This document shows, piece by piece, positions 9,055 to 18,040 of a stretch of 64,000 bases of DNA; position 1 is the stretch's first letter; each line of letters begins with the position of its first letter. Below the pieces are notes generated by a model. It made no database searches and was not told where the DNA came from. It saw only the letters and a list, made by a program, of their open reading frames with translations. Made by a program: the position numbers and the translations under genes. The DNA comes from Gammaproteobacteria bacterium (GTDB taxonomy: Bacteria; Pseudomonadota; Gammaproteobacteria; Steroidobacterales; JABDKV01): contig JABDJB010000029.1 in assembly GCA_013003425.1 (NCBI GenBank), positions 20,387 to 84,386 on the forward strand. The letters run 5' to 3'.

Positions 9055-10290
9055 ATGCTGGTTTTTGCTGTCGCTGTTTCTGTTGTCCTGGTAGTGAGCT
9101 TCATGTGCTCGATTTTCGAATCGGTGCTGCTGTCGATCAACCACGCCCAGATTGAATCGCTGGACACCAGGCACCCGACTGCCAGCCGGCTGCTTGCCGG
9201 GTTCAAGCGCGATATCGACACACCGATTGCGGCGATACTGATCGTCAACACCGCTGCTCATACCGTTGGTGCCGCGGTGGCTGGCGCCAGCTATTCCGAG
9301 GTGTTCAGCCCGCAGACGCTGTGGTTGTTCACAATCGTGTTTACTCTTGCCGTGCTGCTGCTAACCGAAATTGTGCCAAAGACTGCCGGCGTGGTGTTTA
9401 CCAAGGCACTGGCGATACCCGTTGCCCATGGCATTCGCGCATTGACGTTTGGCCTGGGCCCACTGGTCCATTTGAGTAGCTCGATTTCGCGTGCCCTGCG
9501 CGGCAGTCGCAAGCAGCCGGTGACCTCTATTGAGGAAATCCGCCTGATGGCCGCCGTCGGTCGCAACGAAGGCGTCGTCGGCGCGCAGACCGCCGGGATG
9601 ATCGTCGGGGCTACGCGACTGCGCCAGCTTACTGCGGCCGATGTCATGGTGCCGCGCTCGGCGATAACTTATATGACAGCAAGCCTTGGCCGCGACGAAG
9701 TAGCACAGATTATCGAAACATCGGGTTACAGCCGCTTCCCTTACACACCGACCGGCGACCTCGACCAGGTTGCGGGCACCGTCTATACCAAGGAAATCCT
9801 GCACTGGCTGCAGGCCAATCCCGACGTGGAGATTGACTGGCAGGACCTGGTGCACGAGCCGTTTATCATTCCCGAGGGCAAGGCGCTCGACCGGTTGCTG
9901 TGGAGTTTCCAGCAGATAAAGCGGCACCAGGCACTGGTGGTGGATGAGTACGGCGGCATGGAAGGACTGGTGACGCTGGAAGACATTCTCGAGGAAATCG
10001 TCGGCGAGATCGACGATGAAAGCGACCCGGTCACTGAACAGATCTGGCCACAGAGCGATGGCTCACTGCATGCTCACGCCTCGGTCGAACTGCGCAGCCT
10101 GTGCCGCCATCTGGGTATTCGCCGGACGCCCGGCATCGACGCCATCACGCTGGGCGGGTTGCTCAACGAACAACTTGGCCACCTGCCAAAGAAAGGCGAT
10201 GTGGTCGAGTGGCGCGACTATCGCTTTGAAGTACTCAGCGCCGGCCCGCGCCGCGCCGAGCGTGTCGAGATCCGCCGCATCATCTCGTGA
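9055..10290 (+). CDS. CNNM/CorC-HlyC family transporter (DUF21 + CBS pair + CorC_HlyC)
   Basis: N-terminal 4-TM DUF21 region, a central CBS region and a C-terminal 'GDVVEWRDYRFEVLSAGPRRAERVEIRR' CorC motif. The ATG at 9055 is preferred over the ORF start at 8965, which reads through the palindrome. Confidence 0.85.
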   Translation: MLVFAVAVSVVLVVSFMCSIFESVLLSINHAQIESLDTRHPTASRLLAGFKRDIDTPIAAILIVNTAAHTVGAAVAGASYSEVFSPQTLWLFTIVFTLAVLLLTEIVPKTAGVVFTKALAIPVAHGIRALTFGLGPLVHLSSSISRALRGSRKQPVTSIEEIRLMAAVGRNEGVVGAQTAGMIVGATRLRQLTAADVMVPRSAITYMTASLGRDEVAQIIETSGYSRFPYTPTGDLDQVAGTVYTKEILHWLQANPDVEIDWQDLVHEPFIIPEGKALDRLLWSFQQIKRHQALVVDEYGGMEGLVTLEDILEEIVGEIDDESDPVTEQIWPQSDGSLHAHASVELRSLCRHLGIRRTPGIDAITLGGLLNEQLGHLPKKGDVVEWRDYRFEVLSAGPRRAERVEIRRIIS

Positions 10291-10304
10291 CGCGGGCGCG
10301 CTGG

Positions 10305-10727
10305 TCAGCCGGCAGACCCTGCTCGCCTGCTTAGCCCCCAAATTGAAAGAACCACGGCGACAAACGAAGCCAGCGCAACGCTGCCAAGAAGGATCGCGAC
10401 CAGTGTTTCTGCCATCGCCGACCCCTTCGCTCCGGCGGACGCAACCGGCGTCGTCTTTCCGGCGCCCGCAAGGGCACCCACCAGGCAACCCAGCCAGTTG
10501 ATGTAACCGGAATACAACCATGACCAGAACATGATCTGGAGCTGACGCGGCGACAGATTGAATTCCTGCCAGATTGCACCGATAGCAATAAACAGGACGC
10601 CGCTCAGAATTCCTATCGTGTGAGCAGACAGTCCAAGCCGCGGTATTGGCATGGACGGGATAAACAACCCGGACATGAGCGCAAGCAGGATCAGGATGAA
10701 GCCATGCCTGATGATCGCTTTACTCAC
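10305..10727 (-). CDS. Small 4-TM membrane protein (HabA/HabB hydroxylaminobenzene-mutase-like family, tentative)
   Basis: 140 aa with four hydrophobic helices. 'RLGLSAHTIGILSGVLFIAIG' resembles that family from memory only. Confidence 0.45.
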   Translation of the reverse strand: MSKAIIRHGFILILLALMSGLFIPSMPIPRLGLSAHTIGILSGVLFIAIGAIWQEFNLSPRQLQIMFWSWLYSGYINWLGCLVGALAGAGKTTPVASAGAKGSAMAETLVAILLGSVALASFVAVVLSIWGLSRRAGSAG

Positions 10728-10774
10728 GAATTGCTCCTTTGAACAAAGTGATCAGCGCGCATGAAAAGCGTCGC

Positions 10775-11899
10775 TCAGGGGGTCAGCTTCAGCAAACGCC
10801 CGCCATCGCGGTCTTCCAGCAGCCACAGGGCGCCGCCCGGCCCCTGCTCCACTTCGCGAATTCGTTTGCCCATGCTGAAGCGCTCTGCCTCGTTTGCTTT
10901 TTCGCCATCAAACTCAATCCGGATCAGCGCCTGCGAGCGCAGGCCGCCAATGAACGCGGAACCTTGCCAGTCAGGGAACGTCTTGCCGGAATAAAACACC
11001 AGCCCGGCCGGCGCGATTGTCGGCACCCATGAGATGGCCGGCGCGGCAAATTCCGGCCGCGTGTCGTGATCGGGAATCGGTTCGCCGCTGTAGTGGTCGC
11101 CGTCGGAGACAATCGGGTAACCGTAGTTTTCTCCGGGGACGATCAGGTTCAGCTCATCGCCATGCAGCGGTCCCATTTCGTTGTTCCAAAGGCGCCCCTC
11201 GCTATCGAATGCCAGGCCCAGCGGGTTGCGGTGCCCCAGTGACCAGATCTGGGCTGTTACATCACCGCGATCGGCAAAGGGGTTGTCATCGGGCACAGAT
11301 CCATCATCGTGCAGACGCACAATCTTGCCGAGGTTTCCGGTCATATCCTGAGCCGGGTCAAACTTCTGCCGTTCACCGCTGGAAATAAACAGGTAGCCGT
11401 CCTTATCGAACGCCATGCGGTGACCGTAGTGACCATCGTCGGTTACCTTTGGAATCTGCCGCCACACCACCTCGACATCTTCCAGACGCCCGCGCATCCG
11501 CTTCGCGTCGTATACCAGCTGCGCGCGTGCGACTGCCGCACCACGCGTGTTGCCCACACCTGACTCGGCATAGCTGAGATAGATGAGGTTATTGTCATCG
11601 AACTGCGGATGCAGGATGACATCGCCGAGACCGCCCTGGCCGCGATAAGCTACATCGGGCACGTCTTCGATTGGCAACGACTTGCCGCCATCCTGCGTGA
11701 CGACAAACAGGCGGCCGCGCTTTTCCGTAACGAGCAGCTTGCCGTCCGGCATGAATGTCATCGCCCACGGTTCATTGAATTCGGCGACGGGTGTCACGGT
11801 AAATGGCAGGTTTGACGGCTGCTGTGCTGCTGCGCACGCAGCCAGGCCGGCTGCCAGTAATATGGCTGGGGTTCGATACATTAAATGCGTCCGTTTCAA
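10775..11899 (-). CDS. PQQ-dependent soluble sugar dehydrogenase (YliI/Asd-like beta-propeller)
   Basis: Signal peptide. '[41 protein letters not shown]' is a signature of the sGDH family. Confidence 0.85.
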   Translation of the reverse strand: MKRTHLMYRTPAILLAAGLAACAAAQQPSNLPFTVTPVAEFNEPWAMTFMPDGKLLVTEKRGRLFVVTQDGGKSLPIEDVPDVAYRGQGGLGDVILHPQFDDNNLIYLSYAESGVGNTRGAAVARAQLVYDAKRMRGRLEDVEVVWRQIPKVTDDGHYGHRMAFDKDGYLFISSGERQKFDPAQDMTGNLGKIVRLHDDGSVPDDNPFADRGDVTAQIWSLGHRNPLGLAFDSEGRLWNNEMGPLHGDELNLIVPGENYGYPIVSDGDHYSGEPIPDHDTRPEFAAPAISWVPTIAPAGLVFYSGKTFPDWQGSAFIGGLRSQALIRIEFDGEKANEAERFSMGKRIREVEQGPGGALWLLEDRDGGRLLKLTP

Positions 11900-11967
11900 G
11901 CTTGTTCCAGACTGGTCTTTTTACCGCAAAGTGGCTGGTATGACAAAGGGGCAGGCACGAACAGTTG

Positions 11968-13053
11968 CTATGGCAGGTCGAGCAGTATCCGCTCCAGGTC
12001 ACTGCCGTCGGTCTGAACGTACCACAGCTGACTGTAGTTTCTGGCGCCGCTCAACAAGTCATTCCTGATAAACAAAACACCGTCGCCGCGGTGCCGCCAG
12101 GTCGGCGAATCCAGATACGCATGCAGCCACACAATTTCTCTTGTCAGCAGTCGGCTTTTGGTGTCATTGACGTACAACCCGTAACCGGCCACCTCCTCCC
12201 ACCTTTGCTGCCCCGGCTTGTCCCGTTTGCCGCACGCTACCAGCAGCAGGCCGTCGCCGGAGACTTCGGACATCGGGTGAGGTGAGGTCCATGCGGCGAT
12301 CTCTCCGGTAATCCCCGCCTCCGGCGACAGCGTAAATGGCAGCGGCCCCTGGTAGGCGCCGCTTGCGATATCAACTACACCACCGTAGTAGTACAGCTCG
12401 CTTTCGTCACGGGAAACCGCGACGCCGTTGATTGCGTAGGCGTGCATTTGCGTGATCTTTCTAATGTCAGTGCCGTTGAGCTTCATTGAATAAAAATCCA
12501 CGTCATGCGGCCTTGCCGCGGCAACCGGCGAATAGGACCGGAATATGCCGGCACTGCTGTAGTAAATCCGCTGACCGTCAGCAGCGATGACGAAATCCAG
12601 CACGTTATTTGTGCCCGGCCCACCTGAGGTCACCGACTGCACGTTACTGCCGTCAACGTCCATCGCGTACAGGTAGCTCTTGTCACGCGACGAGCGCCTG
12701 ATGAAATAGATCTGCTGGTTGTCCGGGCTGAACACTACCCGTTGAAAAATTGCGTTGTCATCTGCGCGCCGGATCACCTTCACATCGTCGCCATCGATAC
12801 CCGAGGTGGCAACATAGGTATTGTCTTCGTCGCAATAGCTGAACAGCAGCATGCCGTCGTCAGAAGACACGTCAACGGACTGGATGCCGGGGAAATTGCA
12901 GCGCGCCTTTTTGCCGATGAACTGACCGGGAACACACGCGACCAGCAGCGACAGCAACACGAGTGTAAGCGAGCCGTGGCCGATAAGCCGACGGATTGCC
13001 GTACGATCAGTCGCCAGACGCATTGCGCCACCTCTACGCGGCTTTATGTTCAC
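11968..13053 (-). CDS. Membrane-anchored TolB/PD40-like beta-propeller protein
   Basis: N-terminal TM segment. Repeated 'FSPDNQQIYF / DG..IYY' PD40-type blades. GTG start. Confidence 0.65.
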   Translation of the reverse strand: MNIKPRRGGAMRLATDRTAIRRLIGHGSLTLVLLSLLVACVPGQFIGKKARCNFPGIQSVDVSSDDGMLLFSYCDEDNTYVATSGIDGDDVKVIRRADDNAIFQRVVFSPDNQQIYFIRRSSRDKSYLYAMDVDGSNVQSVTSGGPGTNNVLDFVIAADGQRIYYSSAGIFRSYSPVAAARPHDVDFYSMKLNGTDIRKITQMHAYAINGVAVSRDESELYYYGGVVDIASGAYQGPLPFTLSPEAGITGEIAAWTSPHPMSEVSGDGLLLVACGKRDKPGQQRWEEVAGYGLYVNDTKSRLLTREIVWLHAYLDSPTWRHRGDGVLFIRNDLLSGARNYSQLWYVQTDGSDLERILLDLP

Positions 13054-13078
13054 TCTTCTATAGTTATTGGGGCAAATA

Positions 13079-13157
13079 CAAAGGGGTCAAGTCTTCCCAT
13101 TTCCCATTCCCCCCGGGGGAAATGGGAAATGGGAAATGCGAAGACTTGACCCCTTTG
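13079..13157. repeat. ~79-bp near-perfect hairpin between two same-strand genes
   Basis: The outer arms caaaggggtcaagtcttc / gaagacttgacccctttg are perfect. The inner arms are built from ccatttc/gaaatgg heptads (2 vs 3 copies) around ccccccggggg. Confidence 0.85.
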
Positions 13158-13164
13158 TGCAGCT

Positions 13165-14871
13165 TCAGGTGGTGAGCCGGTCCAGGGTGCTGATGGCAAA
13201 GCCCGTGCCGGCCTCGGCAAAGAAGCTGTGCGTGACATCACAACCGGCTTCGGCCATTTTGTCGCGCTCCTCGGCATACAGGTAGGTGGCGCTGATTAAA
13301 CCCTCGAAGCCGCGCTTGCGTAACTGCCGGCAAGCGAACAGCTTCGCTTCGAGATCTGGTACGGCCAGCAGAATGGCGCTGATGTTTTCGGTATTGAGCA
13401 GTTCGTTAAAGTTTGGATCTTCCAGGTCACCGTAAATTACCCGCCGCCCGTCTGCTATGTGCCGCTCGATCTTTGCCGGATCATTATCGATGCCGACGAC
13501 GTGTTTGCCGTGTTCGTGCAGGTAAATATAGGCGCCCGTCCCGGTACGCCCCATTCCCATGATGACGATATCGGCATCACCGAGTGAGATCGGCGAGTCA
13601 TCAGGGTGACGGCGCTCGGATTCAAAACGCGTCAGCAAATGTTCGTAGCGTTCAAATATTTTGTGCGCGATCCGATTGAGTGGCGCGCTGATGGCAAACG
13701 ATAGAGCCACAATCAAAGCAGCAAAAACCAGCCACTGGCTGTCCAGCAGGCCGGCATTCGTGGCATTGCTGGCGACAATAAGGCCAAACTCGCTGTAGCT
13801 CGCCAGGCTTAGCGAAGCAATAAAGCTCGACCGTGCCCGCAAACCCACGCGCAGCAACAGCCAGAAAAACAACGCTGCCTTGACCGGCATCAGCAGCGTG
13901 GCCAGGCCGGCAAGCACCAAAACCTCGGTTGTCGGCGGACCACTCAGGCCGATGCTCAGGAAAAAGCCGATAAGCAGGAATTCTTTAAGTCCCCAGATTG
14001 CCTTGCTCAGCTCCTGCGCACGGCGGTGGTCCGACAGCAGCGTGCCAAGCACCAACGCACCCAGCTCGTTACCGAGCCCCAGCGTTTCGAAGGCCCAGCC
14101 GCCTGCGGCAAGCGCGAGCACGGCGCCGAACAGCACGAGTAACTCGTCGTGACCAACCAGGTCCAGTACGCGAGCGAGCAGCGGCCGCGCCAGCGGCAGC
14201 AACAAGACGAGCAGTGCGTATGGTGAAGGGCTGTGACCACTGGTTGCCGCGAGCAATGCCACCGCAACGACATCCTGTACGATGAGAATGCCTATCGAGA
14301 CCCGGCCATGGAAGGCACGCAGTTCGCGCCGCGATTCCAGCATCTTGGCGGCCAGCACGGTGCTGGAAAAACCCAATGCCGTGCCGAGAATCAGTGCGAT
14401 TGGCCAGTCCAGCCCGCCAACGTAGTGCAGCGATGCGCCGGCCACCAGCGCCATGACCGCGAGGTGCAGCAATGCCGTGCCCCAGACTTCGAAACGCACC
14501 AGGTTCCTGAAGCGTAGTTTGAGCCCGACAGCGAACAGCAGCAGCAGTACGCCGGCCTCGGAAAGCTCAAGCAGCATTGGCGTCGGCTCGATGCCGGCCG
14601 CACCAAAGGCAAAACCCGCGGCCAGAAAACCTACCAGCGGCGGCATACCAACCTGTTTAACCAGCACACCCATAGCGAATGCACCGGCCAGCCACAATGC
14701 GAGCACGCTAAACCTCCCTCTGCGTGCTTGCGAGAATATCACTTTACAAACCGGGCATACTATTTCCCGATGTGGGTTCAGCATTCCGCGGCTTGCGCGG
14801 ATAGCGCGGATAGCGATCAGGCGATCGACATGGAGCAATTGTTGCGAAACAACATGGACTGACACATACAA
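13165..14871 (-). CDS. CPA2-family cation:proton antiporter with C-terminal RCK/TrkA-N domain (KefB/YbaL-like)
   Basis: ~12 TM Na_H_exchanger-like region followed by the Rossmann motif 'IVIMGMGRTGTGAYIYL'. An alternative start is Met30 at 14784. Confidence 0.85.
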   Translation of the reverse strand: MYVSVHVVSQQLLHVDRLIAIRAIRASRGMLNPHREIVCPVCKVIFSQARRGRFSVLALWLAGAFAMGVLVKQVGMPPLVGFLAAGFAFGAAGIEPTPMLLELSEAGVLLLLFAVGLKLRFRNLVRFEVWGTALLHLAVMALVAGASLHYVGGLDWPIALILGTALGFSSTVLAAKMLESRRELRAFHGRVSIGILIVQDVVAVALLAATSGHSPSPYALLVLLLPLARPLLARVLDLVGHDELLVLFGAVLALAAGGWAFETLGLGNELGALVLGTLLSDHRRAQELSKAIWGLKEFLLIGFFLSIGLSGPPTTEVLVLAGLATLLMPVKAALFFWLLLRVGLRARSSFIASLSLASYSEFGLIVASNATNAGLLDSQWLVFAALIVALSFAISAPLNRIAHKIFERYEHLLTRFESERRHPDDSPISLGDADIVIMGMGRTGTGAYIYLHEHGKHVVGIDNDPAKIERHIADGRRVIYGDLEDPNFNELLNTENISAILLAVPDLEAKLFACRQLRKRGFEGLISATYLYAEERDKMAEAGCDVTHSFFAEAGTGFAISTLDRLTT

Positions 14872-14898
14872 AGTGATTCGCTGTAAACTGCATTCTCA

Positions 14899-15897
14899 AT
14901 GGCGACAAGAAACTCCAGGTTTTCCGGGCTGCGCATCTGCCTGCTTACCTGCCAGGAACTTGATGCAAAGCACTACCCGGAAGACGACTGGCCGTGCGAC
15001 CCGCGACCGCACCTGCCCGAAGCCGACTGGAGCCTGGTGACGCTGGAAGAAAAGCGCACCGCAGCACGCACCGTGCGCTCACTGGTCGAAAGCGACGAGT
15101 ACGACGTGTTTTTCAATATGTGCGACGCTTCAGCGGAGGAGGACGAGCCAGGTATTGGCGTGGTCAGGGCATTGGAGCGTCTCGGCGTGCCGTTTACCGG
15201 TGCTGCTTCCAACTGCTTCGAGCCCACGCGACGACAGATGAAGCGCGCCTGCCACGAACTTGGAATCGCCACACCGCGACACGTGTTTGCCCGAAAGAAA
15301 GCAGACCTGAAACGCGCAGCGGAAAAACTGCGTTTCCCGATGATCGTCAAACACCACAACAGCTATGCCAGTGTCGGACTGAGCCGGGCCTCGAAGGTGC
15401 AGACGCCGGCCGGGCTGCGAAGGCAGGCGAAAAAGATAATGTCACGCTACGGTGCCGCGCTTATCGAGGAGTATATCGACGGCATCGAATGCACCGTGCT
15501 GGTAGCAGAAAACCCGGGCAAGCCGGATGAACCGATCACTTACCCGGCCATGCAATATGGTTTTCCCGAGGGCGACAGCTTCAAGCACGAGGCGCTCAAG
15601 TGGGAAGACTTTGACGGCCTGACCTGCTTCCCGGTCAAAGACAGGAACCTGGGGCAACGCATGCGTGATGAGTCAGCGCAGTTTTTCCGTCATTTTGACG
15701 CGGCCGGTTTTGCACGCTGCGATATCCGTGTCGACCGGAACGGTACGCCCTACATGCTGGAGATCAACCCCAACTGCGGAATCTATTATCCGGATGACGC
15801 GCTGGCCAGCGCCGACCTTTGCATCATGCAGCATTCAGCTGGCCACGCCGGTTTCACCCGCCGGCTGGTGCGCGCCGCGCTGGTGCGTCACACCTGA
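14899..15897 (+). CDS. ATP-grasp domain protein (D-Ala-D-Ala-ligase-like)
   Basis: 'FPMIVKHHNSYASVG', 'ALIEEYIDGIECTVLV' and 'ARCDIRVDRNGTPYMLEINPNCG' match ATP-grasp core motifs. Confidence 0.8.
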   Translation: MATRNSRFSGLRICLLTCQELDAKHYPEDDWPCDPRPHLPEADWSLVTLEEKRTAARTVRSLVESDEYDVFFNMCDASAEEDEPGIGVVRALERLGVPFTGAASNCFEPTRRQMKRACHELGIATPRHVFARKKADLKRAAEKLRFPMIVKHHNSYASVGLSRASKVQTPAGLRRQAKKIMSRYGAALIEEYIDGIECTVLVAENPGKPDEPITYPAMQYGFPEGDSFKHEALKWEDFDGLTCFPVKDRNLGQRMRDESAQFFRHFDAAGFARCDIRVDRNGTPYMLEINPNCGIYYPDDALASADLCIMQHSAGHAGFTRRLVRAALVRHT

Positions 15898-15904
15898 ACA
15901 AGTA

Positions 15905-15932
15905 GGGAACAGGAACACGGGTTCCTGTTCCC
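15905..15932. terminator. Bidirectional terminator hairpin between convergent genes
   Basis: gggaacaggaac-acgg-gttcctgttccc, a perfect 12-bp stem. Confidence 0.75.
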
Positions 15933-15939
15933 TTACGGT

Positions 15940-16401
15940 TTAATCGTCCCCGGGCGCATCAGCGCAATGCCAGGCGATGAACTTCCAGCTCTTGCCGTCT
16001 TTCGCCAGGATGTCGGTGCATTTGCCGTGCGAGGTTTCGTGCTCGCCCTTGCGGTCCTCGGTAGCGTTCGAGTAGTAATAGTGCGCTACAGCCGTCGATC
16101 CATGCACGACAATGGCAGTTGGGCTGTATTCCGAAACATGGTTGCGCCCACCGGAGAAATTGTACTTGTCCCAACGCTGGATACTGTCGCGATTACGTGG
16201 CATCGGGTAGCTGCCCCACACCATGGCATCTGCAAAAACCCACTTCTTTGACCAGTTGGCATCACGCGCATCGATATCCTTATATGAATCGATAACAACC
16301 TGCCAGACCGCGCTCTGTTCCTTGGACCAGTCCTGTGCGGTCGCCACTCCGGTGATGAGCATCGCGCACACTAATGCCGCGATGAATTTACCTGTCGTCA
16401 T
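15940..16401 (-). CDS. Secreted SnoaL-like/DUF4440 (NTF2-fold) protein
   Basis: Start at 'MTTGKFIAALVCAMLITGVATA' with SD 'aagggga'. 'AIVVHGSTAVAHYYY...GKSWKFIAWH' is an NTF2-like pattern. Confidence 0.65.
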   Translation of the reverse strand: MTTGKFIAALVCAMLITGVATAQDWSKEQSAVWQVVIDSYKDIDARDANWSKKWVFADAMVWGSYPMPRNRDSIQRWDKYNFSGGRNHVSEYSPTAIVVHGSTAVAHYYYSNATEDRKGEHETSHGKCTDILAKDGKSWKFIAWHCADAPGDD

Positions 16402-16653
16402 ACCTGTATCCCCTTTATATGAAGTGCGCCGTCGTCTTTTTAGCGACAGCATGGTTGTTTTGAATGCGATGCAGCATGCATCACGCCTGTCAAGCATAGT
16501 CCACGCTGACAGAATTGCCAGCCGCAAGGCGGCTATCTGTTAACGCGCGCTTGTCTGCGAGGCTCTTTCTTGACCGTCAATACGCAGCGGGAGCAGACTC
16601 GGGTGACACGCATTCCTCAAGTCTTTGCGACCCGGGGTTGTTGAGGAATCAGC

Positions 16654-17019
16654 ATGACCAGCAAAGATACCTGTTGCACTCTCGCGCCATATTTCACTAT
16701 TCAAAAAGGCAAGATCGACGACTTCAAAACGCTGTGTGAGAGGTTTGTCGAACTGACGGAAACCGAGCCGAAGTGTATGTTTTATGGCTTCAGCTTTGAC
16801 GGGCAGAGCGCCCACTGCTGCGAAGGGTACATCGATGCTGATGGCATACTCGCGCATCTCGAAAATGTGGGGGACGCCCTGCAGGAAGCGTTACAGATTG
16901 CCGACCTGGAGCGGCTGGAGGTTCACGGCCCGGACAGTGAGCTGGCAAAACTGCAGGCGCCGCTCAGTGAGCTGAGCCCGCAATATTTCAGGCTGGAATA
17001 CGACTTCCGGCGCCACTGA
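16654..17019 (+). CDS. ABM (antibiotic-biosynthesis-monooxygenase-like) ferredoxin-fold protein
   Basis: 'FTIQKGKIDDFKTLCERFVELTETEPKCMFYGFSFDG...EGYIDADGILAHLENV' follows the ABM pattern. Confidence 0.55.
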   Translation: MTSKDTCCTLAPYFTIQKGKIDDFKTLCERFVELTETEPKCMFYGFSFDGQSAHCCEGYIDADGILAHLENVGDALQEALQIADLERLEVHGPDSELAKLQAPLSELSPQYFRLEYDFRRH

Positions 17020-17062
17020 CAGTCGAGCGGGCCGCGGCAGTGCTTGATAACTGCCGGCGTGC

Positions 17063-17749
17063 TTATTTAAGCCGGCTGCGGTCCATCTTGCGAACCCGGA
17101 GCAACTTTGGCGCGCGACGCTGCCGGCGGCGGGCGAGAAGACCGGTCATAACGAGCAGGCCGATAGCAATCAGCACAATCGACCCGGGTTCGGGGACGCT
17201 GGTCACCGCGGCGGTACGAAAATACGCCGACACGTGCGAGATATCCTTGGGGTTGCCCGAGGCAGCATTGATAAACGGCGTCAGGTAATCGCCAGCTGTG
17301 GTATTTGGCGTGATGAGATAGCCGACGTAAGAATCCGGCTCGCCATTGCCGCTCTTGAGCACCAGCATCAGGCTGCTGACACCCATGGTGTTCCAGATAT
17401 CATCGATCGACCACTGGCCGCTGATCGTGTCGCCGACGAGAGACAGACCAATGTCCATATCCTGGTCGCTGTCCATTGCTTTCGCCGCAAAAATCCAGTC
17501 ATCAAAACCAAACATCATGTCCTGGTTGACCTGGTATTGCGAAGCGTCGCCGCCCAACCGATCGTTGTTTGTCGAGCCAATCTGGCAGCCATCGCTGGCG
17601 CTGACGTTATCGTCTATCGACGGACTGTAACCAACATCTGCCGGACAAAACGCTGCGCTCGCGCCGGCCGTATTGGCGAATACGGTTACAGACACAATGG
17701 CGATCGCGAGTGTCGCAAATCTTGCAGCCTTTGAGGTTATGTTCAGCAT
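17063..17749 (-). CDS. Secreted protein with canonical PEP-CTERM sorting signal
   Basis: Signal peptide 'ATLAIAIVSVTVFANTAGASA'. The C-terminus 'VPEPGSIVLIAIGLLVMTGLLARRRQRR' is PEP, a TM helix and an Arg cluster. Confidence 0.85.
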   Translation of the reverse strand: MLNITSKAARFATLAIAIVSVTVFANTAGASAAFCPADVGYSPSIDDNVSASDGCQIGSTNNDRLGGDASQYQVNQDMMFGFDDWIFAAKAMDSDQDMDIGLSLVGDTISGQWSIDDIWNTMGVSSLMLVLKSGNGEPDSYVGYLITPNTTAGDYLTPFINAASGNPKDISHVSAYFRTAAVTSVPEPGSIVLIAIGLLVMTGLLARRRQRRAPKLLRVRKMDRSRLK

Positions 17750-17784
17750 CGTCGAATATTTACTCCTGTCTACCCGATAACAGT

Positions 17785-17800
17785 TGCAAGAAATATGCCG
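17785..17800 (-). promoter_or_regulatory. Candidate sigma-54 (-24/-12) promoter for the PEP-CTERM gene 17063..17749
   Basis: The minus strand reads CGGCATATTTCTTGCA, with GG and GC at consensus spacing and 9 of 12 consensus positions of TGGCACG-N4-TTGCW. It lies ~36 nt upstream of the ATG. Confidence 0.45.
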
Positions 17801-17878
17801 CAACGATAACTGTTTGACCCTGCGACTATTGTGGTTACCGTTACAACAACTGCTGTAAAAGAACCCGACGTTTAACCG

Positions 17879-17939
17879 TTGACATAACTTTTATGTTTGA
17901 CATAAACGACCTATTTACATAACAGCTGTTTTGACGCGA
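17879..17939. promoter_or_regulatory. Four direct repeats TTGACATAA-like at 17-18 bp spacing in a divergent intergenic region
   Basis: ttgacataa (17879), ttgacataa (17897), tttacataa (17914), ttgacgcga (17931). The array lies 80-140 bp upstream of the sigma-54-like element. Confidence 0.5.
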
Positions 17940-18040
17940 ACCAGCATCCCTGTTTTGTGCACCAGGCACTATAAATACTGCGCGCTCGCTGCGACGATGC
18001 TGCGTTAGTACGCAACCGGTGTTTGTTTACTCTGACCGTC

